Source of the DNA: a virus
Length of the DNA: 64,000 bases
Strand: one strand, 5' to 3'
Virus record (IMG/VR): IMGVR_UViG_2931133163_000006
A program made the translations under genes and the position numbers. Below are positions 9,166 to 18,766 of this stretch, one piece after another. Within the stretch, counting starts at the first letter, position 1. Each line of letters opens with the position of its first letter. The notes beneath the pieces are model-generated. The model was not told the DNA's origin. It saw nothing but the letters and a program-made list of their open reading frames with translations, and made no database searches.

Positions 9166-10257
9166 TCAGCCCGGGCCGCCAAAGCGCATCGACTTCGTCT
9201 GGCCCTGCACGAGCCGCTTCTGCGGCTCCAGGAAGTTCATCGCCGGCCCGGCCTGGTCGGCGAGCTGCTGGAGCCGGCCCCGCAGGTTGGCAATCTGGCC
9301 GATCACCGGGTTGGCGCCGGTCAGCTGCTCGATCTGGCCGGTCAGCTCGGCGGTCTTCGCGGCGATCGCCGCCTCGGGGCCGCCGCTGGCGTTCAACGCC
9401 TCGAGCTCGTCGACGAGGTCGTCCACCATCCCGATCACTGGGTTGTTGGCGATCAGGCCGGCGATCTGCGCCTCGAGGCCGGCGATCAGGCTCTCGACGT
9501 TGCCCGCCAGCAGGCTCGTCATACCCATCAGCCGGCCCGGATCCAGGAAGGCCTTCAGGCCGCGCTGCAGGGCATTCTGGAGGTAGCCGGTGAGCTTGCC
9601 CTCCGCGAGCGCCTTCATGGCGTCCAGGCCCGTCGGCGCGCCGCTGAGGGCGTTCGTGACCTGGGTGGCGGCGTTGACCGGGACGAGAGCCGGGACGACC
9701 TGCTCCGCGTTCTGGCGGAACTTGGACACCACGTCGAAGAGGGCGTGGTGCGAGTCCTCGACCTGCGACAGGCGGGCGGCGAGCCCCTTCAGCTGCTCGT
9801 TGAGCTCGAAATTGTCGGTGGCGGGTTTGACGGCCCGGCCCGAGCCGTCGTCTCCACCCGTGATCGTGACCTTCTTGCCGGTCTGGTTGACGCCATCCCG
9901 GGTCAGGTGCGTGTGCTGGCGCTGATCGTCGTGGTGCGAGCTCTCGCCGGCCTTGAGGTTCTTCGGGCGGTGGCGGCGGTCTCCGATGCCGACGACGACC
10001 GGATGATCCAGGCTGCCGCCGAGGTAGGTGATCAGGACCTCGGCCTGCCTTTGCTCCTGATCGTCAGGCTTCAGCGGAACGCTGGTGAAGCCGTACGGAT
10101 GCCAGTGCTCGACGTTGGTGAGCATCCGTCCGAACCGGGCCCGGACCGTCACCTCCTGCATCTTGGTCGAGTCGTCTACCTCGACGAGGGTCCCGCGACC
10201 GACGCCGAGGTACGCGCGCCGCGCGGCATCGTCGGCGTCCGAGCGCAGCGTGGTCAT
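9166..10257 (-). CDS. Mu gp45-like baseplate spike with long helical C-terminal extension
   Basis: VE.W.PYGFTS.P...A.V...LGG...HPVVVGI.DRR.RP..LK.GE OB-fold pattern. Confidence 0.75.
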   Translation of the reverse strand: MTTLRSDADDAARRAYLGVGRGTLVEVDDSTKMQEVTVRARFGRMLTNVEHWHPYGFTSVPLKPDDQEQRQAEVLITYLGGSLDHPVVVGIGDRRHRPKNLKAGESSHHDDQRQHTHLTRDGVNQTGKKVTITGGDDGSGRAVKPATDNFELNEQLKGLAARLSQVEDSHHALFDVVSKFRQNAEQVVPALVPVNAATQVTNALSGAPTGLDAMKALAEGKLTGYLQNALQRGLKAFLDPGRLMGMTSLLAGNVESLIAGLEAQIAGLIANNPVIGMVDDLVDELEALNASGGPEAAIAAKTAELTGQIEQLTGANPVIGQIANLRGRLQQLADQAGPAMNFLEPQKRLVQGQTKSMRFGGPG

Positions 10258-11369
10258 GTCGAAGCCTCGGGCTGGGCCGGCGTCGGGTTCGCGCCGAAGA
10301 ACCCGTCCGAAGTGGTCGCGTCGGGGTGCTGGACGTTCCAGGCGGCCTTGTTGCGCAGCTCGACCATCGAGGTGGTCTGCCCCTCCGGCGTCTGGGTATA
10401 GGCGTAGCCCCAGACCTTGAGGTCCATCTTCGCCGTCTCGGTCGGAAACAGGATCTCGGACTCGACTGTCACGAATTCCGACAGGTCCCAGAGCTTGCCG
10501 GCCGGGTTGAGCCAGCCCTGGTAGGCGAGGCTCACCTGCAGCCGGGACGCCTCGATCGCCTGCGCCTCCATGTTGGTGCGCAGCTGCAGCTCCTTCTGTG
10601 AGAGCGGCATCTCGGCGAGGACGTTGCGCGTCAGGCCCGGGATGCCATCCGAGAGCTTGGACTGCGCGGAGATCTCTGCGGCCTTGCGTCCGAACAGGCT
10701 GTCCGAGCCCGGCTGCTGCGCGTTGCCCTTGATGGCATCGGCGAGCGACATCTCCGAGGTGCAGTTGCCCGAGAGGATGTTGCGCCCTTCGCTGAAGACC
10801 AGGCCGCCTCCGTTGCTATCCGTCTTCGAGCCGGCGACGAGATCTCCGTTCGCCTCGGCCCACAGCCACAGCCCGCGCTGACGGCACAGCCGCGAGATGG
10901 CGTCGAAGGGTGTTTCCCCGTCGTGGATGACGACGTTCGGAAACGGCGTGTTCCAGCCGTCCGGCCCGTTCTGGACCTTGAACTTGAGCCCGTGGGGCTT
11001 CAGCAGCCGGTTGGCGATCGCGTCGATCGGGTAGCCGCGAAACTGGCCGGTGCCGGCGTCGGCCGAGACTTTCGTGAGTGGACCGGCCGCGCTGAAACCC
11101 GAGATCTGCACACCGTGGCGATTGGCGTCGAAGGCCGCCTGACGCCGCTCGATGAAGCCGCCCTGGATGACGACCTGCCCGGCCATCGCGATGTCGATGC
11201 GCTTGCCCGGAAACAGGCGCTGCTGGAATTTGCCGCTCACCTCCGTGCAGGTGAGCGCAAACCGACGCATCCACCGCGTCTCGATATCCTGGGTGACCTG
11301 CACGGTCAGCCAGTCGCGGAAGGTGCCGCCGGTGGTGCGGACCTCGCAGTAGAGATCGGGGCTGGGCAT
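10254..11369 (-). CDS. Mu gp44 (P)-like baseplate hub
   Basis: F.DWL.V.VT..I...GETPFDAISRLCRQRGL.L...NG.L...GRNILSG; position between gp43 and gp45; start at MPSPD. Confidence 0.8.
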   Translation of the reverse strand: MPSPDLYCEVRTTGGTFRDWLTVQVTQDIETRWMRRFALTCTEVSGKFQQRLFPGKRIDIAMAGQVVIQGGFIERRQAAFDANRHGVQISGFSAAGPLTKVSADAGTGQFRGYPIDAIANRLLKPHGLKFKVQNGPDGWNTPFPNVVIHDGETPFDAISRLCRQRGLWLWAEANGDLVAGSKTDSNGGGLVFSEGRNILSGNCTSEMSLADAIKGNAQQPGSDSLFGRKAAEISAQSKLSDGIPGLTRNVLAEMPLSQKELQLRTNMEAQAIEASRLQVSLAYQGWLNPAGKLWDLSEFVTVESEILFPTETAKMDLKVWGYAYTQTPEGQTTSMVELRNKAAWNVQHPDATTSDGFFGANPTPAQPEAST

Positions 11370-11371
11370 GG

Positions 11372-12046
11372 TCAGGCAGACAGCGTGCGACCGGTGGGCG
11401 GCATGAACAGGGGATGGACCGTGTCGCAGTTCTCCGCGAGCAGCTGCTCGGCACGGCTCGCATCGCCGAACAGGCGGTTGGCGAGCGTCAGGAGCGGCAT
11501 GCGTGTGCCGAAGGCATAGGACACGATCCGCGGGAGCGGCCGGGCCCGGGCCTTGAGGTCGCGCACGACGTCGGCGTGGGACGCGACGAGCGCGCGCCAG
11601 ACCACGGCGTTGAACTGCGCGGCTGCGAAGTCTTCGGCCGGGGCGAAGGCCGCGTTGACGCGCGCGAGCGTCGCGTCGACGTCCTGGCGGCTCGTGAACG
11701 TCGTGGCCGCGACGATCCGGGCCATCTCCACCAGCGCGAAGCGGGCTGCGGTCTGGGCGACGCGCTGTACGGGGAGGTCGGGCGCCGTGACGCTCTGCGC
11801 CTGCTGCCGAACCTGATCCATGCCCGCGAAGGTGGCGCCGGCCGCGGTGGCGGCGGCGAAGCACGCACGCAGCGGCGTCCCGAAGGTGCCGCCCTGGACC
11901 TGGCCGATGGCATCGGCCGAGAGCCCGCCGCAGAGCTGCCGAAGCGTGGCGCCGTCCTGGCTCGTGGCGTCGACGCCGGAGGCGAGCAGCGCATCGAGGA
12001 CGGCCTTCAGCGCCGCGACGGCGACGCGGCGCTGGGCGGAGGTCAT
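11372..12046 (-). CDS. Mu gp43-like C-terminal module (tail/DNA circularisation protein, part 2)
   Basis: RPLPRIV.Y....MP.L.LA.RL.GDA.R..QL...N...HP.FMP motif. Confidence 0.6.
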   Translation of the reverse strand: MTSAQRRVAVAALKAVLDALLASGVDATSQDGATLRQLCGGLSADAIGQVQGGTFGTPLRACFAAATAAGATFAGMDQVRQQAQSVTAPDLPVQRVAQTAARFALVEMARIVAATTFTSRQDVDATLARVNAAFAPAEDFAAAQFNAVVWRALVASHADVVRDLKARARPLPRIVSYAFGTRMPLLTLANRLFGDASRAEQLLAENCDTVHPLFMPPTGRTLSA

Positions 12047-12052
12047 CCGGTT

Positions 12053-12526
12053 CTAACTCCAGTCGTCGTCGGTGCCGGCGGAGAGCTCGGAGGCATCTGC
12101 CAGCTGCACCGCAGAGGCGGCCGAAGCCGCCTGCGTGTTCTCGCCGAACCGCGTCACGCCTCCACCGCTGGCGTCGACGAAGGCCATCTCGAAATAGGCG
12201 ATGCCGCCCTCTTCCTTGCGCTCGGCGCGCGGGCCGAACTCGCAGCGCATGAACATGCGCCCGAGGGTCGGCAGGATGAGCGTTCCGCCGCCCTCGCGGT
12301 TGAGCGCGGCTTCCAGCGCATCGGCCTGCAGGTCGTAATCGTCGCCAATGACGTAGCCGGACACCGCGACGCGTGTGACGCGCTTGCCCAGGTCCTCGTC
12401 GAGCGACCGATCGCCCTTCGCGAACTCGTACGTGAAACCGCGCCGCCCGTTGGTCCGAGAATTGGCCGCCACGTGGAACGGCACACCCCGGAACGAGGCG
12501 GGGCGGTAATCGTCACGCCAGGACAT
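12053..12526 (-). CDS. DNA circularisation protein N-terminal domain (Mu gp43/N-like)
   Basis: MSWRDDYRPASFRGVPF.V...GRR...EF...EDLG...G.LILPTLG. Confidence 0.85.
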   Translation of the reverse strand: MSWRDDYRPASFRGVPFHVAANSRTNGRRGFTYEFAKGDRSLDEDLGKRVTRVAVSGYVIGDDYDLQADALEAALNREGGGTLILPTLGRMFMRCEFGPRAERKEEGGIAYFEMAFVDASGGGVTRFGENTQAASAASAVQLADASELSAGTDDDWS

Positions 12527-12570
12527 GCAGAGCGCCTCGACAACCTGTTCGGCGAAGTTAGGCTGACCGG

Positions 12571-12981
12571 ATGCGCCACACCCCGATCTTCATCGTCCTG
12601 GGCTCGCTCACGCTGGCCGTTGGCAGCGCCACGGCACAGATGCCCCAATCGGAGGCGCTCAGGCTGGCGAGCGACATCCGCTGGATCGGCGGGAACTGCC
12701 CGGCGTTGCGCGTGGATTATCCGGCTACGCAGCGGTTCATGGACCGAAGCGGGTTGATCAACCCCTTCAACCCCGACGGGCCGCTACAACCGTACCTGCG
12801 CCAGCACGATCGGCAGCTCGATGATGGGCTCAAAGCTGTCGGGGCCGAGACGATGTGCCAATCATTGCTCGATAAATACCGCTCTACAGGCCTTCTCACC
12901 ATCAAGTCCGCGAAAGATCTTGATGACCTGAACAAGATCCGAGCGATGGATGGGGGCACGCAAGTCGCGCCCCTCAAGTGA
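12571..12981 (+). CDS. Exported two-Cys protein, moron inserted antisense in the tail operon
   Basis: Signal peptide MRHTPIFIVLGSLTLAVGSATA; fills the gap between tape measure and gp43; visibly more AT-rich than its flanks; weak TCGACA-N16-TAGGCT promoter-like sequence just upstream. Confidence 0.6.
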   Translation: MRHTPIFIVLGSLTLAVGSATAQMPQSEALRLASDIRWIGGNCPALRVDYPATQRFMDRSGLINPFNPDGPLQPYLRQHDRQLDDGLKAVGAETMCQSLLDKYRSTGLLTIKSAKDLDDLNKIRAMDGGTQVAPLK

Positions 12982-12984
12982 GCG

Positions 12985-15465
12985 CTATGCCTGCGCCATG
13001 CTCATTTGCGACTTGCCGTGGGAGACCTTTGTCTCCCCGAACAAGTCGCTCATATCGGCCTTCACTTTCGTCCCGGGCGGCCCATCGACCTTGATGTGCA
13101 GCGAGCCCTTGCCGCCCGCTTGCGACCCGCCCGGCATCTGCATCGCCTGCCCGGCGCTGGCCGCGCCCTTGCCGTAGAAGCGGTCCATCAGCGCGTCGCC
13201 GACCTTCTCCTTCGGTGCGGGTGCGTCGGCCTTCGCGCGCCGCGCGCGCAGCGCGATGCCGAGATCGCGAGCCGCGCGCTGATCGTCCTCCTCGGAGTAG
13301 AAGGGCTTCCCGGCCTGCCGGCGCTCGTCGGTTGGATCGGCCAGGACCTCGGGGCGACGCGCCGCGGACTTCGCCGCCTCGCGTCGACGCTCAGCTTCCT
13401 CCATCGTGACGCCGGGCGCGTCCTTCATGGAGTTAGGCTTTAGCACCCGCGGGGCACCGTTGGGGAACAGGTCGGGATCGTCGACGGTGGGCTTCAGGGG
13501 GCCGGCCTTGTCCGCGAGGGGGCCGCCCTTGCTGGGGTCAATGCTGGCACTCGGTTCGTCGGGGCCGATGCGCAGGGCGTTCCGGACGGCGCCGGAGCGC
13601 CGGTTGATGACCGCCGGCGACTCGAACTCCTTGGTGATCGCGTTGGTGTCGGCCTCGACGTCGCCGGTCCCGCGACCCATCAGGATAGCCTTGGTGCGCG
13701 GGTACTTCCCGGACATGGCCTGGTGGACCATCTCGCGCATCTGCCCTTCGGCCGAGTTGCGCGCGTAGCCGTTCGCCTCGAGCCACCGCACCATGTCGCT
13801 GCGGCGTGCGCCGCGATAGGTGCCCCAGCCCTTCGGGTCCCGGGCCCCGTAGATGCCGTAGCCGGTCCCGCCATCGTGGATCTTGTTGGGATCCAGGCCC
13901 GACTCCATGTGGGCCTGGCCGACGAGGTGCGCCGCCGCCTGGCGGAGCTGGCCCTCCGGCACGCCCTCGCGACGGAGCTGGTCCATCGCGTAGCGCATCA
14001 TCTCGCCGGTGCGGGCGCCCCGCGGGTTCCCGCGCCCGGATCCGCGGGGCGTGACAACCGCTCGATCGCTGCCGTCCGGCGATCCGCCGCCCGAGCCGGA
14101 TCTGCCACCGAAGCCAGACCCACCGTCGGAGCGCGAGCGCGATCCGCCGCCGGCCCCACCATTCCCACCTCCATCGCCGCCGCCAGGGGCGCCATACGAC
14201 GGGATCGCCGCCCCCCCGGACGAGCCGAAGCCGCCCCAGGCCGCCTTCTGGATCAGCGAACCACCGCCGCTGTTGCTGCCGCTGAAGCTCTGCTGCTGGA
14301 CGGTGGGGGTCCCCGAACCGTTCTCCCGCAGGCGCCGCAGCTCCTCGGTCAGGCGGCGGATCTCCTCGGCCAGTTCCTTCTCGCGACCCGGATCCTTCGT
14401 GAGGCGGCGGTTCTGGTAATAGTCGAGCTCCGCCTTGGCCGATCCGAGCTTGTCCTCGACGGCCGTGGCCGCTGGCGCGGCGCGACGCTTCTCCAGGCGC
14501 GCGATCTCCTGATCCAGGCTGTCGCGCTGCCGCTCAAAGTACCAGCCGGTGCCGTAGGGCGCGGCCTTCACCGCGGTGTCTGCACTCTGCCGGCTCTCTT
14601 TCAGCCGCTTGAGCTGCTCGCCTTCGGGATCCGCCGCGGCGGCATCCATCTGGTCGAGGGCGCCGGCGACGTTCCGGAGGGCGGGGCCCAGGAGGTTGAG
14701 CTTCGCCTTCTCGGCTGCACGGCCGATCCGGCTGAAGTGCTCCTCGAAGCGCCGCGCGGCTTCCTCGGTCTCCTTGTCGAGGTGGCCGATATCGGCCTGC
14801 GTCTGCTTGAGCGCGTCGCTGATCTTGCCCGTGATGTTCCGGGAGATCGTCGCCATGTCCGGCGTGCCGAAGATCAGCGTGGAGACCCGCGCCGCCTTCA
14901 TCGAGTCCGGGATGTTCTGGAGGGCCTTCATCGCCGTCTCGACGGCAGCCTCCATGCTCGGCGCGTTCACGAGGTCCTCGGCCAGGCTGCCGAGGTTCAT
15001 GTTTTTGAGTTCCCCGTAGACCTGGCCCCAGCGCTGGCGCAGGTCGACCATGTTGGTCGCGAACTGGCCGATCGCGCCGCGCATCGCGTCGGCCGACACG
15101 CCGAATTTCTCGCCGAGCGAGCCCAGCGTGCGCAGCTGGTCGACCGTCATCCCGATCTGGCGGCCCATCTGGCTCAGGTCGCGGGTCTGCCCCGAGAAGC
15201 CCTTGAGCGCAGTGACCATGCCGGTGAGCGACATGGCCGCGCCGAAGCCCGTCACGCCGACGGCCGCGAAGATCGGATCGAAGCCGCGCAGGACGCCCTG
15301 GAACTTGCCGACCTCCTCCCGGACGCCGGCCCAATCCTTCTTCCAGGTCGCGCCCTGCTTAGCCGTCTCCTCGCCGACGTGCTTCAGGCCCTTTTCGAGC
15401 TTGGACAGCGGGCCGGTGAACTGATCCTCGACGGTGGCGACGATCCTGAGCTTGTCGTCAGCCAT
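12985..15465 (-). CDS. Tape measure protein with phage tail-lysozyme-like domain
   Basis: N-terminal L.IVATV.DQFT.PL, long helical body, Gly-rich linker, AA.LVG...ESGLDP....GTGYGI lysozyme motif. Confidence 0.85.
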   Translation of the reverse strand: MADDKLRIVATVEDQFTGPLSKLEKGLKHVGEETAKQGATWKKDWAGVREEVGKFQGVLRGFDPIFAAVGVTGFGAAMSLTGMVTALKGFSGQTRDLSQMGRQIGMTVDQLRTLGSLGEKFGVSADAMRGAIGQFATNMVDLRQRWGQVYGELKNMNLGSLAEDLVNAPSMEAAVETAMKALQNIPDSMKAARVSTLIFGTPDMATISRNITGKISDALKQTQADIGHLDKETEEAARRFEEHFSRIGRAAEKAKLNLLGPALRNVAGALDQMDAAAADPEGEQLKRLKESRQSADTAVKAAPYGTGWYFERQRDSLDQEIARLEKRRAAPAATAVEDKLGSAKAELDYYQNRRLTKDPGREKELAEEIRRLTEELRRLRENGSGTPTVQQQSFSGSNSGGGSLIQKAAWGGFGSSGGAAIPSYGAPGGGDGGGNGGAGGGSRSRSDGGSGFGGRSGSGGGSPDGSDRAVVTPRGSGRGNPRGARTGEMMRYAMDQLRREGVPEGQLRQAAAHLVGQAHMESGLDPNKIHDGGTGYGIYGARDPKGWGTYRGARRSDMVRWLEANGYARNSAEGQMREMVHQAMSGKYPRTKAILMGRGTGDVEADTNAITKEFESPAVINRRSGAVRNALRIGPDEPSASIDPSKGGPLADKAGPLKPTVDDPDLFPNGAPRVLKPNSMKDAPGVTMEEAERRREAAKSAARRPEVLADPTDERRQAGKPFYSEEDDQRAARDLGIALRARRAKADAPAPKEKVGDALMDRFYGKGAASAGQAMQMPGGSQAGGKGSLHIKVDGPPGTKVKADMSDLFGETKVSHGKSQMSMAQA

Positions 15466-15588
15466 CCTCGTCCTCGCGTGGAGCGGGGCGCGGCATCAGC
15501 GCCAGGGTGCGGGCCATCAGGCGGGCCACGATCGCCGGCGGCATGGCGCCGGGCGGATCGCGGAACGGCCACGCGTGGAACGCGAGGC

Positions 15589-15918
15589 CTAGGCGGAGGC
15601 AGTCGTCGACGGCACCGGCGGCAGGGCCGCCCACACGAAAAAACGGCTGAGGATGGTCCCCAACTGCAGGACGTCACGCGCGCCGATCTTCATCAGCACC
15701 GGCGGGGGCGTCGCGGAGAGGTCGGCCACCAGCGGGAAGAACTGGTCGGCCGACAGCCCCTCCAGGAGGCCGAACTTCAGGACCTCCTCACCGGTGGGCT
15801 CGCGCAGGCTCAGGAACTGCACGGTGTTCTGGCCGACAACGATCGGCTTGCTGAGCGGGAACTCCAGCGGCCAGGAGATCTCGCGCGGATCGCGCGCGGG
15901 CGCGGTGCTGTCGCTCAT
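15589..15918 (-). CDS. Tail assembly chaperone (Mu gp41-like); frameshifted product ends at 15458
   Basis: L.KPI.......L.LREPTG motif; lies between tube and tape measure. Confidence 0.75.
   Translation of the reverse strand: MSDSTAPARDPREISWPLEFPLSKPIVVGQNTVQFLSLREPTGEEVLKFGLLEGLSADQFFPLVADLSATPPPVLMKIGARDVLQLGTILSRFFVWAALPPVPSTTASA
15637..15643 (-). promoter_or_regulatory. Programmed -1 ribosomal frameshift heptamer T TTT TTC
   Basis: In-frame CGT TTT TTC; the -1 frame stays open (RVGGPAAGAVDDCLRLGLAFHAW...EDEDG) to a stop overlapping the tape measure start. Confidence 0.75.
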
Positions 15919-15920
15919 GA

Positions 15921-16280
15921 TCAGAACTCGTCGCAGGTGAGGCCCATCCAGGTCACCGCCACCTTGCCGGCGCCGGTGTCGATCTCGTGCGCGGACTCGG
16001 TCCAGGCACCGGCGAGCACGTAGGTCTTGCCGTTGGCGAGCGAGGCAGTGACCGTCTCGTCCACCATCGCGTCGAGCTCGGCGATGGTGAGCCCGTCCAT
16101 GGTCGACAGGTCGCCCTTGATGAAGGGCACGCGCGGCGTCTCGATGAAGCCGTGGACGCTGTCCTGGCCGGCCACCCCCTCGCGCTTCGTCAGCGAGGGC
16201 GACACGACGAACGAGCCGCGCAGCCCGTACTGCCTACCGTTCACCTTGACGTAGGCGATGCCGGCGATCCTCTGGCCCAT
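15921..16280 (-). CDS. Tail tube protein (Mu gpM-like)
   Basis: RIAG.AYVKV.G...RE.V.GQD.VHG..E.P..P.I; follows the sheath gene. Confidence 0.85.
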   Translation of the reverse strand: MGQRIAGIAYVKVNGRQYGLRGSFVVSPSLTKREGVAGQDSVHGFIETPRVPFIKGDLSTMDGLTIAELDAMVDETVTASLANGKTYVLAGAWTESAHEIDTGAGKVAVTWMGLTCDEF

Positions 16281-16296
16281 GGCCGGTTCTCCAAAG

Positions 16297-16319
16297 AAAA
16301 ACCCGCCTCAGGGGCGGGT
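16297..16319 (-). terminator. Hairpin plus U-tract between sheath and tube genes
   Basis: ACCCGCC-CCTGA-GGCGGGT-TTTTC. Confidence 0.55.
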
Positions 16320-16345
16320 CAGGTTGCGGTCAGGGGCGAGGACGG

Positions 16346-17869
16346 TCAGTTGCTGGACGAACTGAACGGGTACTGGAGCCGGAACTGCGCAAGGATGTTC
16401 ATCCGGCGCAGCTGATTGATCACATCCGGCGGGTCCAGGATCTCGATCGTGTTCGCCTCGGTGGCGCGGCGCACGACGAGGTTCTGGATGTAGAGGGCCG
16501 CGTTCTCGACGAGGCCGTCGTATTCCATGCCCCGATACTCGGCGATTAGCTCGGCCTTGATCGAGGACGGCGTGACGATCGGCAGCCCGGCGGCGAACTT
16601 GGTGCCGTCGTCGGCGAGCGCGCAACGCGGGAACTTGCTGGTGATCGCCTGCCGCAGGCGGGTGTAGCGCTCGTCGAGAGTGGCGAGCGTGGTCACCAGC
16701 TCGTAGGCGTTGTCGGCCTGGCCGTAGCTGTTCACCTGGTACTGGGTCTGCTCGCGCAGGATCACCGGCACGTTGGTGGTGCCGCCGTAGAGGTCGGTCC
16801 CCTGGATCGCGAGGCCGACCTGCGCGAGGGCGTTGAGCTGGGTCTTGTTCCAGCGGTAGCCCTTCTGCGCCGGCAGGATGCCGTAGAGCGGCAGCGTCTG
16901 CAGCGGCTGGGCCGCGTAGGCGTTGATCGAGAACGCGGCGGCGGCGGTGTAGGCGGCGGCCCACTCCCAGACCGGCGACGGGCTCTGCGGCTCGAACGGC
17001 ATCGTCGAGATGACGGGCGAGTTGTTGGACGGGCCCCAGGTCGCCTGATCGGCGTAGGCGCCGCGGCGGGCCGAGAAGATCTGGCCGTAGCTCTGGCGGT
17101 ACGGCCCCCAGCGGCCGCCGTCGGCGAAGCCGTACTCGCCGCCCCAGACCGCGTAGGAGCCGGAGTCGCTGAACGGCAGGCCCGCGAACTTGTAGGGCGC
17201 GTCGCCGAGGTTCGCGATCGCCGAGGTGAAGTCGGGCGTGCCGGTGCCGCCCGAGAGCTGATTGCCGGTCGGATAGGTGACGGCGAGGCCGGCGGGCAGC
17301 TGCTCGCCGCCGTAGCGGCCGAGGTAGCAGTCCTGCACGTTGATGTCGTTGCCGGTCAGGCCCTTCCACTTGGCCGTCAGGGTGACGACGGCGGCCGCCG
17401 CGGAGGCGGTGACCGGCAGGTCCGGGGTCGCGGTGATCGCGGCTGCGATCTTGGTGGCCACCGTCGCCGTGGTGTCCGCCGAGACGATGGCGATCGGCAC
17501 GAGCTGGCCCGCGATGTAGAGCGGATAGGTGCCCGCGACGGTCGGGGCAGCCGTCACGGTGATGGCGCCGGTTGCGGCGACGCCGGCGGCCGGCTCCGGC
17601 ACTGGCAGGCAGTAGATCGGCAAGCTCGTGACGCCCTTGAAGGTCGTCTTGAACATGCGCGCGAGCATCGAGCCAGGGCCGAACAGGGCGTCGGCGTCGG
17701 GGCTGGTCCCGCAGGCGATGACTTGGTTCGGCGGGGCCGAGCCGGCCGAAATCAGGTGCCCGACGAGCAGGATCCACTTCAGCGCGGTCGGCGTGCCGGC
17801 CTGGGAGGGATCGAACTCGGTGTTGGCGCCCGGGATCTTGTAGGTCGGCGGAATGCGGGTGAGGCCCAT
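16346..17869 (-). CDS. Contractile tail sheath protein (Mu gpL-like)
   Basis: PG...EFD.SQA...FG.GSMLARM...A.AATG.ITV...LSGG.G.PD...A...IT.Y..N.YG..D..Y; 507 aa. Confidence 0.95.
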   Translation of the reverse strand: MGLTRIPPTYKIPGANTEFDPSQAGTPTALKWILLVGHLISAGSAPPNQVIACGTSPDADALFGPGSMLARMFKTTFKGVTSLPIYCLPVPEPAAGVAATGAITVTAAPTVAGTYPLYIAGQLVPIAIVSADTTATVATKIAAAITATPDLPVTASAAAAVVTLTAKWKGLTGNDINVQDCYLGRYGGEQLPAGLAVTYPTGNQLSGGTGTPDFTSAIANLGDAPYKFAGLPFSDSGSYAVWGGEYGFADGGRWGPYRQSYGQIFSARRGAYADQATWGPSNNSPVISTMPFEPQSPSPVWEWAAAYTAAAAFSINAYAAQPLQTLPLYGILPAQKGYRWNKTQLNALAQVGLAIQGTDLYGGTTNVPVILREQTQYQVNSYGQADNAYELVTTLATLDERYTRLRQAITSKFPRCALADDGTKFAAGLPIVTPSSIKAELIAEYRGMEYDGLVENAALYIQNLVVRRATEANTIEILDPPDVINQLRRMNILAQFRLQYPFSSSSN

Positions 17870-17875
17870 CGCGGC

Positions 17876-18139
17876 TTACTCCTGCGAAGCGGCGGCGGGC
17901 GCGGCGGCGCTCGCGCGGGTGGCGGGCTGGGCGGAGGACGGTGCGGCGGCGGGGCCGCCGGCGTCGTGCAGCTCCTCCAGGAGCTCGATGGCGCCCTCGT
18001 CCCGGAGCCGGAACGTGAACTGGTCGGCCGGCCAGCGGGCGGTGCCGTCCGCCTCGAAGCCGGTCTGCGACGGCATGTGCTTGAGCGCGCGGTAGCGCTC
18101 CTCGGTCGCCCTGACGGCGACCGTGGCTGATCCGGCCAT
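17876..18139 (-). CDS. Mu gp38-like small protein (DUF2635-like)
   Basis: G...P..Q...R.L..G.I pattern immediately upstream of the sheath. Confidence 0.55.
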   Translation of the reverse strand: MAGSATVAVRATEERYRALKHMPSQTGFEADGTARWPADQFTFRLRDEGAIELLEELHDAGGPAAAPSSAQPATRASAAAPAAASQE

Positions 18140-18175
18140 GGCGATGTCCTCGGATTGGGAGCGGCGCGGGCCGGC

Positions 18176-18766
18176 TCAGGTCGTGGGGAGGTCGATCGTG
18201 AGCCCGATCGGGGGCGTGCCCGGGCCGGCGCTGGCCGGGCGGGCGGTGATGACGACGTGCTCGAGCAGATCCGGGATCACCGGCTCGTAGTTCGTGCGGG
18301 CCAGGAAGGTGATCTCCAGCCGGCCTTCGGCGAAATACGTCTCCCCGTCCTGCGGGAAGACGCGGCCGCGGCGGACCTTGCTCACCGCCTCGAACAGCGG
18401 ATAGCGCTCCGGATCGTCCTCGTCCTTCGACCGATCGACGCCGCGAACGAACGTGGGATCGGTCAGCAGATGCGAGCGGATCCGGTCGACGATGTCGTCG
18501 AGGTCGGCGTCTAGCTGCTCGGGAGGCTGATGGCCGATCACCACCGAGATACCGACGGTCACCTCGCTGATGAAGCGCGTCGGTCCGATGTTGGCCTCGT
18601 CCTCCGGCGTCTCCGTCTCGTCGACGAGGATCACCAGGAGCGCGGGCAGGTTCGCGGGCTGGATCTGCGGCCGCGGCTGCTTTCGGATGGCCTTGACCGG
18701 CAGCCAGGTCTGACCCGTGAGACGCGCGACGATCGCGTCGCGGATCTGCGTCGATGGTGACGGCAT
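18176..18766 (-). CDS. Putative tail terminator/completion protein
   Basis: QIRDAIVARL...LPAL.V...DE pattern and position; start MPSPS overlaps the upstream stop. Confidence 0.55.
   Translation of the reverse strand: MPSPSTQIRDAIVARLTGQTWLPVKAIRKQPRPQIQPANLPALLVILVDETETPEDEANIGPTRFISEVTVGISVVIGHQPPEQLDADLDDIVDRIRSHLLTDPTFVRGVDRSKDEDDPERYPLFEAVSKVRRGRVFPQDGETYFAEGRLEITFLARTNYEPVIPDLLEHVVITARPASAGPGTPPIGLTIDLPTT

Noticed and set aside
13723-16023. Long antisense ORFs (for example 766 aa here, 730 aa at 44793-46985, 692 aa at 28133-30211)
   Set aside because: Shadow frames of real genes in very GC-rich DNA; Arg/Ala/Gly-rich with no motifs
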